The position numbers and the translations under genes were made by a program. From Pavona decussata (lineage: Eukaryota), in contig CDRNST010000215.1 of NCBI GenBank assembly GCA_977016875.1, positions 2,046,001 to 2,110,000 of the forward strand: 64,000 bases of DNA, in the 5' to 3' direction. Each line of letters starts with the position of its first letter. The first letter of the stretch is position 1. The notes under the pieces were generated by a model that saw only the letters and a program-made list of their open reading frames with translations, had not been told where the DNA came from and searched no databases. Of this stretch, positions 1 through 11,962 are shown piece after piece.

Positions 1-2960
1 AACTTTCGCAACCTTTAGTACTGCAATTGAATGGATTGCCCAACAGAAATTGAACATTAAGTGCATTTTGCACCTCCTAGATGACTTCCTAATTGTTGCC
101 CCTACTAAGGAGCTTTGTCACCATTAACTAAATTTGTTTTTAATGCTATGCAGTTATTTGGGCATTCCCATGGCACCGGAGAAAACCATAGGCCCGGCAT
201 CCATAATTACCTTTGCCGGTATCGAATTAGATTCTGTTTTAATGGAGGCTCTTCTGCCACATAAGAAGCTTGTGAAGTGTCGCATGTTAGTTTTTGGAAT
301 TCCTCACCCGTAGGAAAGTCACTCTGAAAGCAATTCAGTCGTCGACAGGCTTTCTTAATTTTGCTTGTTCAGTAGTGGTTCCAGGCCGAGCCTTTCTGCG
401 TCGTTTTATTGATCTAACCATTAGTGTTCGAGCCCCTCATTTTCTTATCCGGTTATCACGGGATTTGGCAGACTTTAATTTCTCTCCGGGTTTAATGGTC
501 GTTCGTTTTTCCTCTCAGATGCATGGTGTACTTCAACTCAGCTTGAACTATTGATGATGCATCTGGTAGCCTGGGTTTGACACCATTTCTGGTTCACAGT
601 GGTGCTATGGGAAATGACCATCTAGCTGGCGGCATAGGAATATAACCTTTTAAGAATTTTATCCTGTTGTGTTAAGTTTGTACTTGTGGGGTAAAGACAT
701 GACCAATCAACGTATTCTGTTTTTTACTGATAATGAAGCTTTGTTCCATGTTATTAATAAGCAATCCTGCCGGGACAAAGACTTGATGGTGTTTGTACGT
801 AAGCTGGTGTTGGTCTGTCTCTCTAATATAATAACATTGTCTTTAAGGCCAAGTATATTCCAGGCTTATGCAACACATTAGCTGATGCATTGTCTCGTTT
901 CCAGTTGCAGACCTTCAAACAGCTGGCATCGGCATACATGCACCCATGTCCCACAGAGATACCTCTGCAACTGCAGCCTCCCAATTGGCCAACATAGCAT
1001 CTTTTTTGTTGAGGTCCAGTCTTCAGCATTCTTCCATACCCACCTACAAACGGGCATGGAAACTTTTCCACCAGTTTTTCGCAAATTTATTTCAGCTACT
1101 ATTTCCAGGGTTACCTATCTCACCCTCTGTTTTGGCTCTGTATATCGCATATTTATTTAATAAGCATTACGCCCCATCCACTGTCAATACCTATGTCTCC
1201 GCCCTTGGGTTTTCTCACAAGTGGATGTCTCTTTCAGACCCCACTAAATTTTTTTTATGTATGTCAAATGCTCAAAGGATACCACAAAAAGTGGTTTCGC
1301 CTTGATATTTGTTTACCATCTTTTACACAGGCTGATTTTAGTTGCTCCTCAGCTTCAGGGGTCCCCTTACCAATTTTGTCAATTCCAGGCCATGTGCTCC
1401 TTAGCCTTCTATGCATTCTTGCGGTTAGGTGAAATGACTTCTATCCCTTTACAGGCCTCCTCCCCTCCCCTCCCCTCCAGCTGTAACAGAGCACAAAGTT
1501 GCTGTCCGCCATAGGTGACCTGGTTTCTTATAAAGTCACTTTTGGGAATTACAAACATCAGTACAATGCACGCCCCTTTTCAATCATTGTCTCCTGTCAG
1601 TCTGTGTCTTGTCGTGTTACCTTATTAACTTAATATTTGACTTTTCGAGGTTTTCATCCGGGACCACTTTTCATGACAGTGAATGGGTTACCGGTTACTC
1701 GATCTTGGTTTTCAACTCAACTTTCCATAGCGATACAGCTTTGTGGTCTTTCCCCCTCCTGTTACAAGGGCCACAGCTGTCGTATCGGTGCAGCCTCACA
1801 TGCTGCAGAGGAGGGTTTCTCTGCTGCCCAGATTCGGCTGTTAGGACGGTGAAAATCCAAAATTCATTCCAAAAATTAAGTATTTACGGCTGCCTTGCTT
1901 GTCTTCTTTGCCATTATGTAATATTTTTATGCTTGTCTTGCTTTTTGAGTGGGCAGTTAGCAAGCGCGGCTGTCTTTCAAGAGGTCAAGGTTTGTCCAAT
2001 TTTTCCTCTTAGCTAGAATTTACATATTTTCACTGATTCGCAGGAGCAGTTAGAAAGGGCGGCTGTCTACGCTGGTGTCACATTGAATTGTTTTGTTTGG
2101 ACAGGAGCCACTGACAAGGGCGGTAGTTTCCCATGATTTTTGGTGCATAGTTGATTCAATGGTGTACTATCATAATTCCACATTTCTTTTCTCATCTTGG
2201 TCCAGCTAGCAAGGGCGGCAGCTGTGTTAATTAATTCACTATAACTTATAGATAATAATACACCGTCATGTCTCTGCGCTACAACCCCCCCCCCCCCCCC
2301 TTTTTACAAGAGAGAGCGTGACTAACGGTGAATTTATCCCCACATATGCAATGACTTGGTAAATCGACTAAGGGCAAGTCATACCGCAGCGCATCGAGTC
2401 TGAACTCTTGCTTGTTGAGGGCTAAACCTTTGTCTGCGAGAGGCATCGCATTCAGCCAAGAACTTGCCCCCTTGTCCCTCAGTTGGTTAACCAGACGCAG
2501 CATGCCTGGGGAGAGGCTTGAATCAATGCTATCCATTTTCTCTTTGGCACTTGCTCTCTTAAGTGATTGTTGATGCCTCTTTAGCTCCTCCGTAGATCTT
2601 TTTCCTGGCACCATGATGGAACTCTGTGAACTCTATTGATCCAGTTCGCAAGGGCAACTGCCTCTTTCAGGTATTATCATATCCTCAGCTATTCGCTGGT
2701 TCCTCTCGTCTGCTGGCTTTGCCTGGGGTGGGGCAGCATCGGTGTTGTCTTCACGATGCTTACGGCGTTTTCTGTGCCCTCACCTTTACTGGGCCAGATT
2801 ATGGATCTATCAATGATTATTCAAACTGCATATTCTGAATAAAAGCGGCGTCTATGAACCTATGCTCATAGCCATTTTGGTCCAACTCTGGTAGTCTTGA
2901 TTCTTTGCCCAGTAAACCGAGCCCAGGCAAGCCAGCATACATTACAGCCATTATATTATA
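1..2960 (+). mobile_element. Degenerate tyrosine-recombinase retrotransposon (DIRS/Ngaro-like): RT, RNase H, tyrosine recombinase and 3' non-coding region; 5' part lies outside the window
   Basis: Frameshifted or stop-interrupted pieces. RT: HLLDDFLI near 71-94, LGIPMAPEKTIGP, GRAFLRRFIDL. RNase H: DASGS, LWG..NQRILFFTDNEAL..INKQSC, ADALSR. Recombinase N-terminus: TYKRAWKLF...APSTVNTYVSAL. Catalytic boxes: AFYAFLRLGE and YKGHSCRIGAASHAA...QIRLLGR. The 3' boundary is approximate. Confidence 0.85.
2258..2625 (-). mobile_element. Fragment of a non-LTR retrotransposon (CRE-like, restriction-like endonuclease clade), C-terminal region, nested in the DIRS-like element
   Basis: ORF 2279-2614 reads GASSWLNAMPL...LNKQEF..ALRY...LPSHCICGDKFTVSHALSCKKGG (CCHC knuckle). 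It continues after a poly-G frameshift with VAQRHDG, the RH[DN] motif that precedes the REL domain. Confidence 0.7.
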
Positions 2961-4372
2961 CATGTTAGGATGGAAGGAAAAGGCATAAATAATTTTTAAA
3001 CTAAAAGGTTTTAAGAGGGCATTTGGTTGAACCTTAAAACTCTTAAAGTAAACAGCTCAGTAGTTTAAATGTTATGCACGCTCTCCTTAATCAAGCGCAC
3101 ACCACAAACGAAGCATTTTCATTTGCCCGAGTTGCTTGCGGCGTTTTGTGCCGTTAGCAGACTTTTTCGCGGTTTTAAAGCCTGCATCTTGACTGGGGGA
3201 CAAACACCTGTAAAACTGAAGAAACAGTGTGGACGTGTGGCCAATTCGGAGCGCCGCTTGAATGTCTTTTAAAAGGAAAATATCACATACTTATTTTCGA
3301 TAAATAAGGAGGGTCATAATACTCAAGCTGTACAGGCTGTAAAACGGAAATTTTGACAATTCATACAAACCCTCCTGATTAAATATGCAAATTTGCTGGG
3401 AGATTGGTAGCGACACGATAAGTTTTGTAATGACAGTTTATGAGTGCTGTACTCTCTGTATTGTGCTAGTATTCAATCAGGTGGACTATGTATACAAAAA
3501 TTATTTTTAAAGTCAATTTCGAGCGAAGTTATGTTATTTCAAAGTTGGCTAAAATCCCATCTTTAGTATAAGCCATGTTTTTCTCCTAACCAAGATAGCG
3601 TCCGCAAAAAGGTCGATTGGTAAAATGTATTACGGTAGACATCTTCGTTTAAAAAACCGTCAAAGTGCGTGCAAAACTAGTGACAGTTGCCACAGCGCAT
3701 TAAAAACAAACGCCAATAAGCCGTCGAGGATTAGAGGCAGCCTTCAAATTTTCCCAGGGCAGGGTAAAATCCAGCCCTCTTAAAGAAATACCAGTTTAAG
3801 CAAAAAACAGTAATGCTACATAAAAGAAAGACATTTACAAATATATGAGCATGACTGCCGTCAAAACGGCGAGGTTGACGCAATCGACCCGCATACATCA
3901 TGTTTGCGTTTTAGAGAACGATAACCACCGGTGCTGTTTTCAATATCCAAATGTTTACACCGTTTGAGTTTTCGTTGGCTTCTTTTTCATTCTGGTCACC
4001 TAACCTACCAAGTACTGTTGCGACAGGTTATCTGAGGTTTAGATTATTTCCTAGAAGCAATGTATAGAAAACTTTCCATAGTACTATCCATCCTCGTTTC
4101 ATTACACCTGCGTCAGCTGAGTTGTCAGCTGCTCACTGGGCTTTATCGCGTCATATGTATGCTGGTCAGCGAATTTGTAAACCTCAGTGCCAACCTCTTC
4201 GATCAGACTTGAACTAAAAACCGGCCATAAATACTTAACGTATTCTGATGAAAATACTACCTACTCGCACGCCTTCCTGTTCTCGACGTTATGAAGGGCA
4301 CGTATTTGCAGCTTAGATGAGAGAATTTTAGAAGAAATCGTTAGTCCAATGTTTAGTTGGTGTGTCTTTTTC

Positions 4373-5269
4373 TCAGTTCCCACTTAAAAATGCGTTTCTC
4401 AATATGTTCACGGTATTGTGTCGAATGTCTCTCATCTTCCAGCAGTAAATCAGAGGATTGAGAGATGAATTCAGGAACAACAGAGTTAAAGTGTAATCCT
4501 GTATGATGGTAATCAGAGGGTCAGAGTTACGGGTTATAGCGATAGTCCACAAGATACAATTGTTTGGTAAATAACAAAGTACAAACACAAGATAAACGTA
4601 AATTGCAGTGACCGCGGATTTTCTTAGCCTTCCAACATTCGCAATTGCAACATTCTGTGCTAGTTGCTGTACCTGAAGAGCATGGATGTCTTGATGGTGT
4701 TGTCGTATGGTCATGTATATCTTGTAACTAAAAGGTGCTACAGTTATTACGCAAGAAACAAAAATGATGGCGAAAATCACGTAAATGATATTTTTTGAGA
4801 TCCACAGCCTAACCAACGAAAGAAAAAAACTGGACAGCCAAATTGCAGTTACCACAGCAACAACACGTTTGTGAGTCACAAGTTCCTGATATCGGAGATG
4901 TAAATGAATGGCCAAGAATCTGTCTGCACTCAGAGCTGTAACACCCAAGAACGAAGCAGTAGCAAATAAAGTCCCTAAGATGAGAAACGTCTTATCCACA
5001 ACTTTATGATTATGAGCTGGATTATTTTCAACGTTTTGTTCCAACTCCATGGCAAGATGTGCAATGAAAAAAGGTTGCACCAGTAAACCAACAGCAAGAT
5101 CAGAAACAGCCAGACTCAGGAGTAATGTTTTCAAAGTCTTTGGTAACGATGAAGTTTTTCTTATCGCGAGGATTGAGACGCTGTTCAACATGGTGGCGGT
5201 ACAGCATAACAAAGCGTTCAAGATGCAGTTAGCGATGTAAAATGAACGGTATTCTTCAGCTACAGCCAT
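4373..5269 (-). CDS. Intronless rhodopsin-like (class A) GPCR, cnidarian-expanded melanocortin/adenosine-receptor-like orphan type, 298 aa
   Basis: Seven hydrophobic segments; LN in TM1, LAVSDL in TM2, DRF in TM3, W in TM4, LCYLP in TM6, NSSLNPLIYCW in TM7. Confidence 0.93.
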   Translation of the reverse strand: MAVAEEYRSFYIANCILNALLCCTATMLNSVSILAIRKTSSLPKTLKTLLLSLAVSDLAVGLLVQPFFIAHLAMELEQNVENNPAHNHKVVDKTFLILGTLFATASFLGVTALSADRFLAIHLHLRYQELVTHKRVVAVVTAIWLSSFFLSLVRLWISKNIIYVIFAIIFVSCVITVAPFSYKIYMTIRQHHQDIHALQVQQLAQNVAIANVGRLRKSAVTAIYVYLVFVLCYLPNNCILWTIAITRNSDPLITIIQDYTLTLLFLNSSLNPLIYCWKMRDIRHNTVNILRNAFLSGN

Positions 5270-8200
5270 TGAAAATATAAAACAAGTTGAATGGATATTT
5301 TTTGCCGAAATGTAAGAAAAACTTTAAATTTGAATTTCAATTATCACGACGCTTCCTTCTAATATTCTTCAAGGAAAGACGTTTCACTGTCCCCGCGACG
5401 TGACGTACAAAATTATCCACCGTCGTATAACTGATGATCGTAGTCTAGGTTACTACAAGAACTTGAACTTCGTACAGGTTGGATGCAGAACTAGTCCAAA
5501 AACAACATAAGAGACATTTATGAAGCTTACCCGTGAGTTGACGTGGAAAGCCAAGATACGACATGGATCACCTGTTTTTCGAAATTGACACCTAATGGAG
5601 CAAAACTTTGTTTTTTGTAGGGTTGCATCTTTCACACGCTAAAAATATTCAACAATTATTTAGAAGCCTCTTGGTTAATTTTCAAAGCGAGCATGATACT
5701 TGTTTGTACTTCAATTGTTGATTGACGTCTTTGGGTATCATGGCGCGTTATTATTGTGAAAATCCAACATTTCAAATCAAGAACGGCATACACACAGCAG
5801 ACGTTTCTTAATCAAGCGACACATATACAAATCAAAGAGCGTGCACTTGCAATGACCAGCCTGTCTGCCTTACTTTCTCAAATCAACGCTTACATACTGG
5901 TCGAGCGAACGACATACGAATCAAACAGATGGTTTCCAAATGTAATAATGTAATAATGGAATGGAAGCTTCACATAACGAGCCAATCTCGTATCCAGAGT
6001 CCTCAGGCTCTTTGGTCAGCGGTAACTGGCAATCTGATAAAAATACAACATTTTCAAAACTGACAGCCTAAGCTGTTTTAAAATAGCTTATGGGTGTTTA
6101 AACTGTTTATTCATTTTCTTGCTTAGTCTTTATTTCATTCTTTCTTTCTTTTTTCTGATTTAGTCTTGCACATTGTTCGTGGAAAGGATACAGGAAGTAA
6201 AGCCAGTGAATTTGCTTCGCGAACATAACACCTGCATTATTCAGCAACCATAGATTATTTCAATTTACTGCTCTCACTGACAGGACAAGGAGAAACAAGT
6301 TATGAATTTGCCTGTTAACAGCAGTCTTTTATCCCAGTGATTATAACAGCCTCTGATTTTATTTTTTGTCATTTATTAATTGCTTTACCTTTAAAATACT
6401 TAATGAATTCAAGTCACGAAGAAAAATAAGGGTCTGTCTCTGTGCATAAAATGAACAGCAGGTGTTCGCTTATGTAAAGAAGATAATATTCAAACCTGAT
6501 GAAAGCAGACGTGGTTACAAGCAGCGTCAGGCTCGATCCTTCAGATAGAAAACAAAGCCATTGCCAGTAACTTGTAATCAACACATATAAAAAAACAGGC
6601 ATTGAGGTAGTTTAGCTAGAGTTGTTCTCCAGAAGTAAGCCATACAACATCGATCACTTGTTTACCCAAATGAATAATTAAAACGAGATGGAAAAATTTA
6701 TGGAAAGTTACTTTTTAATTTCCTTTTAGTCCATCCATGACACTCTTTGATTCGGCTACGTTAGTTGTCAAAGTGAAAACGAGTATGCTATTAAATGTTG
6801 CTTTAATTGTTGGTCACTGAAGCCGGAAATCACTTATTTGCATAATTGGTTTTTGTTGACAAAATTTAAAATTTAAGACCAAATATTAAAAACAAGACAA
6901 TTTGCTAGAGTGTGCCGATAAGAAGATTGGCTCCTAGACTGCGGAATTCAGGCGCTGAAACTCTACTAAGAACAGTAAAAAGTGAGCTTAGCATAGATCT
7001 AATTGTGCTGTTTTCTGTCCCCAGGCTTAAAATAGTTAATATGCAAAGGACGTTCTATGTCGGAGGCAATTCACGCGACCAGCATAAGATCATGGGCTTG
7101 GCGAAACCCGTTCAAGCCTCACTGATGAGAAATTTTCACTGGAGATTCAACATGAAGCGGTAGTTTAAAGAGCCTAAGAGAATTGAAAAAGATCAATTGG
7201 TTACGAGAGGCTTTGTTTATACACTGTTCGGTTGCGATAACCTCTCTTTTTTCAGCTATCACCACAAACTGTGCTTTATTCGGCTTTCTTTAAAAACACA
7301 AAGCTGACAACTTCTGTACGACACGGTGCACATGTGTGGATATTAGAATTTTCTTGCTTGTCTAAAAACAAGCATATTTCATCCCACAAATTTTTTGGGG
7401 TGCCTCAGTGGTCATAATATCGACAACCTTTGGAAATCTGAAATCAAGTGTTTTTTTTTTTTTTTTTTGGGGGGGGGGGGGGATAGTGTGGAGAAAAGAT
7501 CAAAAGTTGCTTTCATCCGGGAAATTTGATGACCAGTAAGGAAGATCGGGAAATTCTCTCCGTATCCGGGATACTCCCACATAAATCCGGGAGATATATG
7601 GGTGTCTACTTCCACTGTCTACTTTTTTTTTTTTTTAGAATTTCGTTCGCAAACTAAAAATTTAGATTTGCAATCTTGTGACTTATGAATGGCTTGACTC
7701 TGGCAAGGAATTAAATGACAGAACGAAAGAAACAAGCAAACTGCGTTACACCACTATTCGCCCAAGATATTCCTTGAGCAGCGGTTAGTCGCGATAATTT
7801 ATTTTTTGATATACATCATTTATGTACATTTCCCATTATTCCCTCTTCACCTTTCATAAATACATTTATAGACTAAAGGGTTTTAACAGGGCAGTTGTCT
7901 CAAGCTTGAAACTCTTTAAAGTAAACAGTTTAATAGTTTAAACGTTGTGCACATTCTCCCTTATCAAGCGGACGCCAGAAACGTGAGTTGCTTTGCGGCG
8001 TTTTCTGCCGTTGATAGACATTTTCGCGATTTTTGACGCCTGCATCTTGACTGGGGGAGGGGGGGGGGGTAAACACCTGTAAAATAAAAGGAACTGTATG
8101 GACGTGTGGCCGATTTTGAGCCTCCGCTCCAATATGTGTTTTAAAGGAAATGTCATAGGCTCATTTTTGATAAATAAGGAGGGAGTATTCAAGTTGCAAT

Positions 8201-9370
8201 GGCCGTACAACGGAAATTTAAAAACTTCATACAAACCCTCCTGATCAACAAATGCAAATTTCCTGCGAAATTATAAGCCGCATGAGAAGATTTCTAATGA
8301 CAGTTTATGAGTGCTGTACTCTATGTATTGTGCTAATATTCAATCAGGTAGATGATGTATATAAAAACAATTTTTAAGTTTGTCGATTTCGAGCGTAGTT
8401 ACAATGTCTCAAAGTTAGCCAACATCCAACACAATATTAGCCATGTTTGTCTCCCAACCAAGATAGCGTCTACGAAAAGGTCGATTGACGAAATGTATTT
8501 GGGTAAACATCTGCGTTTTAAAAACGCGTGCATCACTAGTGACAGTTGCCACAGCGCATTGAAAACAAAAGTCAGTAAGACTTTCAGGAATAGAGGCAGC
8601 GTTCACACTTTCCCAAGGCAGGGTGAAATCCAGCTATCTTCAAAAGTTAGCAGTTTACGCAAAGAACAGTAATGCTACATAAACAAGAACATTTACAAAT
8701 ATATGCGCACGAATGCCGTCAAAACGGCGAGGTTGAAGCAATCGACCATACATCATGTTTGCATTTTAGAGAAAGAGAACCACCGGTGCTGTTTTCAATA
8801 TCCAAACGTTTACACCGTTTGAGTTTTCACTGGCTTCTTTTCAATTCTGGTCAGGTGACTTACCAAGTACTGTTGCGACTTAAAATTTTAAAAACCTCTT
8901 CCGTGGAACAAACATGACCATACAGGAGCCTGAGGAGGTGCAGCCTATTTCCTAGATAGGATGTGTAGGAACTTTCCATTGCACTATTTGTCTCTCTCCC
9001 CCCTCCCACTCTCATACAAGACATCTGCTTCAACTGAGTTGTTAGCTACTCACTGGGATTCGTTCGCGTTCTATGTATGCTGTTCATAGTGAACCTCCTC
9101 GATCAGTGACTTGTACTAAAAACCGATCGTCAGTACTTTCGCAATCTGATAAAAGAAGTACTACGTACTTGCATGCCTCTTGTTTCTCGGTTATGAAGGA
9201 CACGTATTTGTAGCTAAGATGAGGGCATTTCGTTGAAAGTGAAAAAGAGAAAATTCGTACACTTGAGCTGTGAGTTGTGTATATAACTATGATAACCATT
9301 CATTTCTTCAGGAGAAAATTATATTTCAGAAGAAATCACAAGCACGTTGTTTAGTTGGTGTATCCTTTCC

Positions 9371-10264
9371 TCAGTTCCCACTTGAGAATGCGTTTCGCAG
9401 TATGTTCATGATATTGTGTCGAATATCTCTCATCTTCCAGCAGTAAATCAGAGGATTGAGAGATGAATTCAGGAATAACAGGGTTATAGAGTAACGCTGT
9501 ATGATGGTAAGCAGAGGTGCAGAGCTACCGGTTATAGCAAAAGTCCACAAAACACAAGTGTCTGGTAAATAACAAAGCACAAACACAACATAAACGTAAA
9601 TTGCAGTGACTGCTGATTTTTTGAGCCTTCCAAAATTCGCCATTGCAACATTCTGTGCTAGCTGCTGTACTTGAAGAGCGTGGATCTGCTGTTGGTGTCG
9701 TCGTACGGCCATGTATATCTTGCAACTAAGCAGTGCTACAGTTATTACGCAAGAAACAAAAATGATGGCAAAAATCACGTAAATAATATTCACTGGGATC
9801 CACAGCCTAACCAACGTAAGAAATACACTGAACAGCCAAATTGCAGTTAACACAACAACAATACGTTTAAGCGTCACTAGTTCGTGGTATCGGAGATGAA
9901 GATGAATGGCCAGAAATCTGTCTACACTCAGAGCTGTGACACCAAAGAACGAGGCAAACACAAACAAATTCAAAGGGACGAGAAATACCTTGACGACAAT
10001 ATCATTATGAGCTAGATTGTTTACAGCGTTTTGTTCCAGCTCCATGATAAGAAGTGCAATGTGCAAAGGTTGCACCAGTAAACCAACGCCAAGATCAGAA
10101 ACAGCCAGACTCAGGAGTAATGTTTTCAAAGTCTTTGGTAACGATGAAGTTTTTCTTATCGCGAGGATTGAGACGCTGTTCAACATGGTGGCGGTACAGC
10201 ATAACAACGCGTTCAAGATGCAGTTAGCGATGTAAAATGAGCGGTATTCTTCAGCTACAGCCAT
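9371..10264 (-). CDS. Intronless class A GPCR, tandem paralog of 4373-5269, 297 aa
   Basis: Same motifs (LAVSDL, DRF, CYLP, NSSLNPLIY). The first 58 aa are identical to the paralog. Confidence 0.93.
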   Translation of the reverse strand: MAVAEEYRSFYIANCILNALLCCTATMLNSVSILAIRKTSSLPKTLKTLLLSLAVSDLGVGLLVQPLHIALLIMELEQNAVNNLAHNDIVVKVFLVPLNLFVFASFFGVTALSVDRFLAIHLHLRYHELVTLKRIVVVLTAIWLFSVFLTLVRLWIPVNIIYVIFAIIFVSCVITVALLSCKIYMAVRRHQQQIHALQVQQLAQNVAMANFGRLKKSAVTAIYVYVVFVLCYLPDTCVLWTFAITGSSAPLLTIIQRYSITLLFLNSSLNPLIYCWKMRDIRHNIMNILRNAFSSGN

Positions 10265-11754
10265 TGAAAATATAAAACAAGTTGAAATGTATATTTTTTC
10301 CGAAACTTAAAAAATTTAAGTTTGAATTTTAATAGTCACGACGCTTCCTACTAATATTCTTCAAAGAAAGACGTTTCACTGTCCCTGCGACGTGCGACGT
10401 GACGTACAAAATTATCCACCGTCGTGTAACTGATGATCGTAGACCAGGTTACCGCAACAAGATGGAAACAGAACTAGTGTAAAAACAACAGAAGAGACAT
10501 TTGTGAGGCTTACCCGTGAGTTGCAGTGGAAAGACAAGCTGCGACATGGATCATCTGTTTGTCCAAATCGGCAGTTAATTGAGCGAAACTTTGTTTTATA
10601 TAGGGTCATGTTTATCACATGCTAAAAACAATTGACCAATTATTTAGAAGCCCCTTCGTTAATTGTCAAAGCGAGAGTGCTATTTGCTTGTTCTCCAATT
10701 GTTGATCGACGTCATTGGGTATAATGGCGCGTTTTTACTGACAAAGTTCAACATTGCAAATTGAGCATCATTTACAGACCTTGACACAGCAGACGTTTCT
10801 AAATCAAGCGACATGAATACAAATCGGAAAACGTGTACTCACAATGAGCGGTATTTTTGCGTTACTTTCTCGAATCGAAGATAGTCTGTACAAATTGAGC
10901 GTGCGATTTACTTGTCGAACGAACGACATACAAATCCAGACGGTTTCCAAATGAAATCGAAGCTTCAGAAAACCAGCAGACAACCCATGATTCCTTGCAG
11001 GGGTGATCTATGTCCGCTGCTCATCTAGTTCGCGGGCCCGGAGAATCTCTTCTCTTACCACGTGGGTGAAAACACAGGTAAACGAAGTTTCATGAGTTGT
11101 AGTGGAAAGCCACGATACGACATGGATCACCCCTTTTTTCCAAATCGACAGTTAAATTGAGCGAAACTTTGTTTTAATATATTAATAAGGTTGCATTTGT
11201 CAGATCCATGAGAACTTTCAATGTGAAAGTAAGTGCTGGCATTGCAGCTGGAATAAAATACTGACAATACAACAGTGAATACAATACGAAATGAGATTAA
11301 GTAGAGTAAAAGCCCACGAAAAATAAAAGATAACGGGTGTTATTCGTATTCACGAAACCCTGTCGGCGTTTTCCATATTTTATGCAGTAAATGTCACAAC
11401 AATTAAGCTTATGTTCTTCAGAATACGCTAGCCGCCTTTCGCCAGCAATACAAATCCGTTTTGAATACTGTGCTCGAGAAGTTTTCATTTTTCTCTACGG
11501 CTGAAAAACAATTTGACTCGACGGTCGAATGGATGATCGCAATGGGCGAGAACGACTCAGATTTCGCCTCAAAGTTCAGACATCCATTTGATACGACATA
11601 AGGATGATACATCTTAACTTTGGAGGTCTTCGTAAATCTGGTGCCAGGAAACGAAGACGAGAAAGTAATGACCTCGATATGTTCCATATTCAGTTTTCTT
11701 CCTTTCCTAAACAGTTAACTGCTCAATGTACATCATTAAATCCCCGCCATTACC

Positions 11755-11962
11755 NNNNNNNNNNNNNNNNNNNNNNNNNNNNNNNNNNNNNNNNNNNNNN
11801 NNNNNNNNNNNNNNNNNNNNNNNNNNNNNNNNNNNNNNNNNNNNNNNNNNNNNNNNNNNNNNNNNNNNNNNNNNNNNNNNNNNNNNNNNNNNNNNNNNNN
11901 NNNNNNNNNNNNNNNNNNNNNNNNNNNNNNNNNNNNNNNNNNNNNNNNNNNNNNNNNNNNNN
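11755..11962. other. Assembly gap (N run)
   Basis: Run of n. Confidence 0.99.

Larger units (their letters stand above)
3000..10975. repeat. Tandem segmental duplication of an ~3-kb GPCR unit (about 3000-5975 and 7870-10975)
   Basis: The flanks align as well as the CDS. Examples: aactcttaaagtaaacag at ~3040 versus ~7910; atgacagtttatgagtgctgtactct at ~3430 and ~8298; acgtgacgtacaaaattatccaccgtcgt at ~5398 and ~10397. Confidence 0.9.

Noticed and set aside
4373-10264. The two GPCRs as receptors for the HIRamide peptides in this window
   Set aside because: Linkage at ~50 kb is not evidence. They lack the ECL2 disulfide and long ECL2 typical of peptide receptors and belong to a large orphan expansion.
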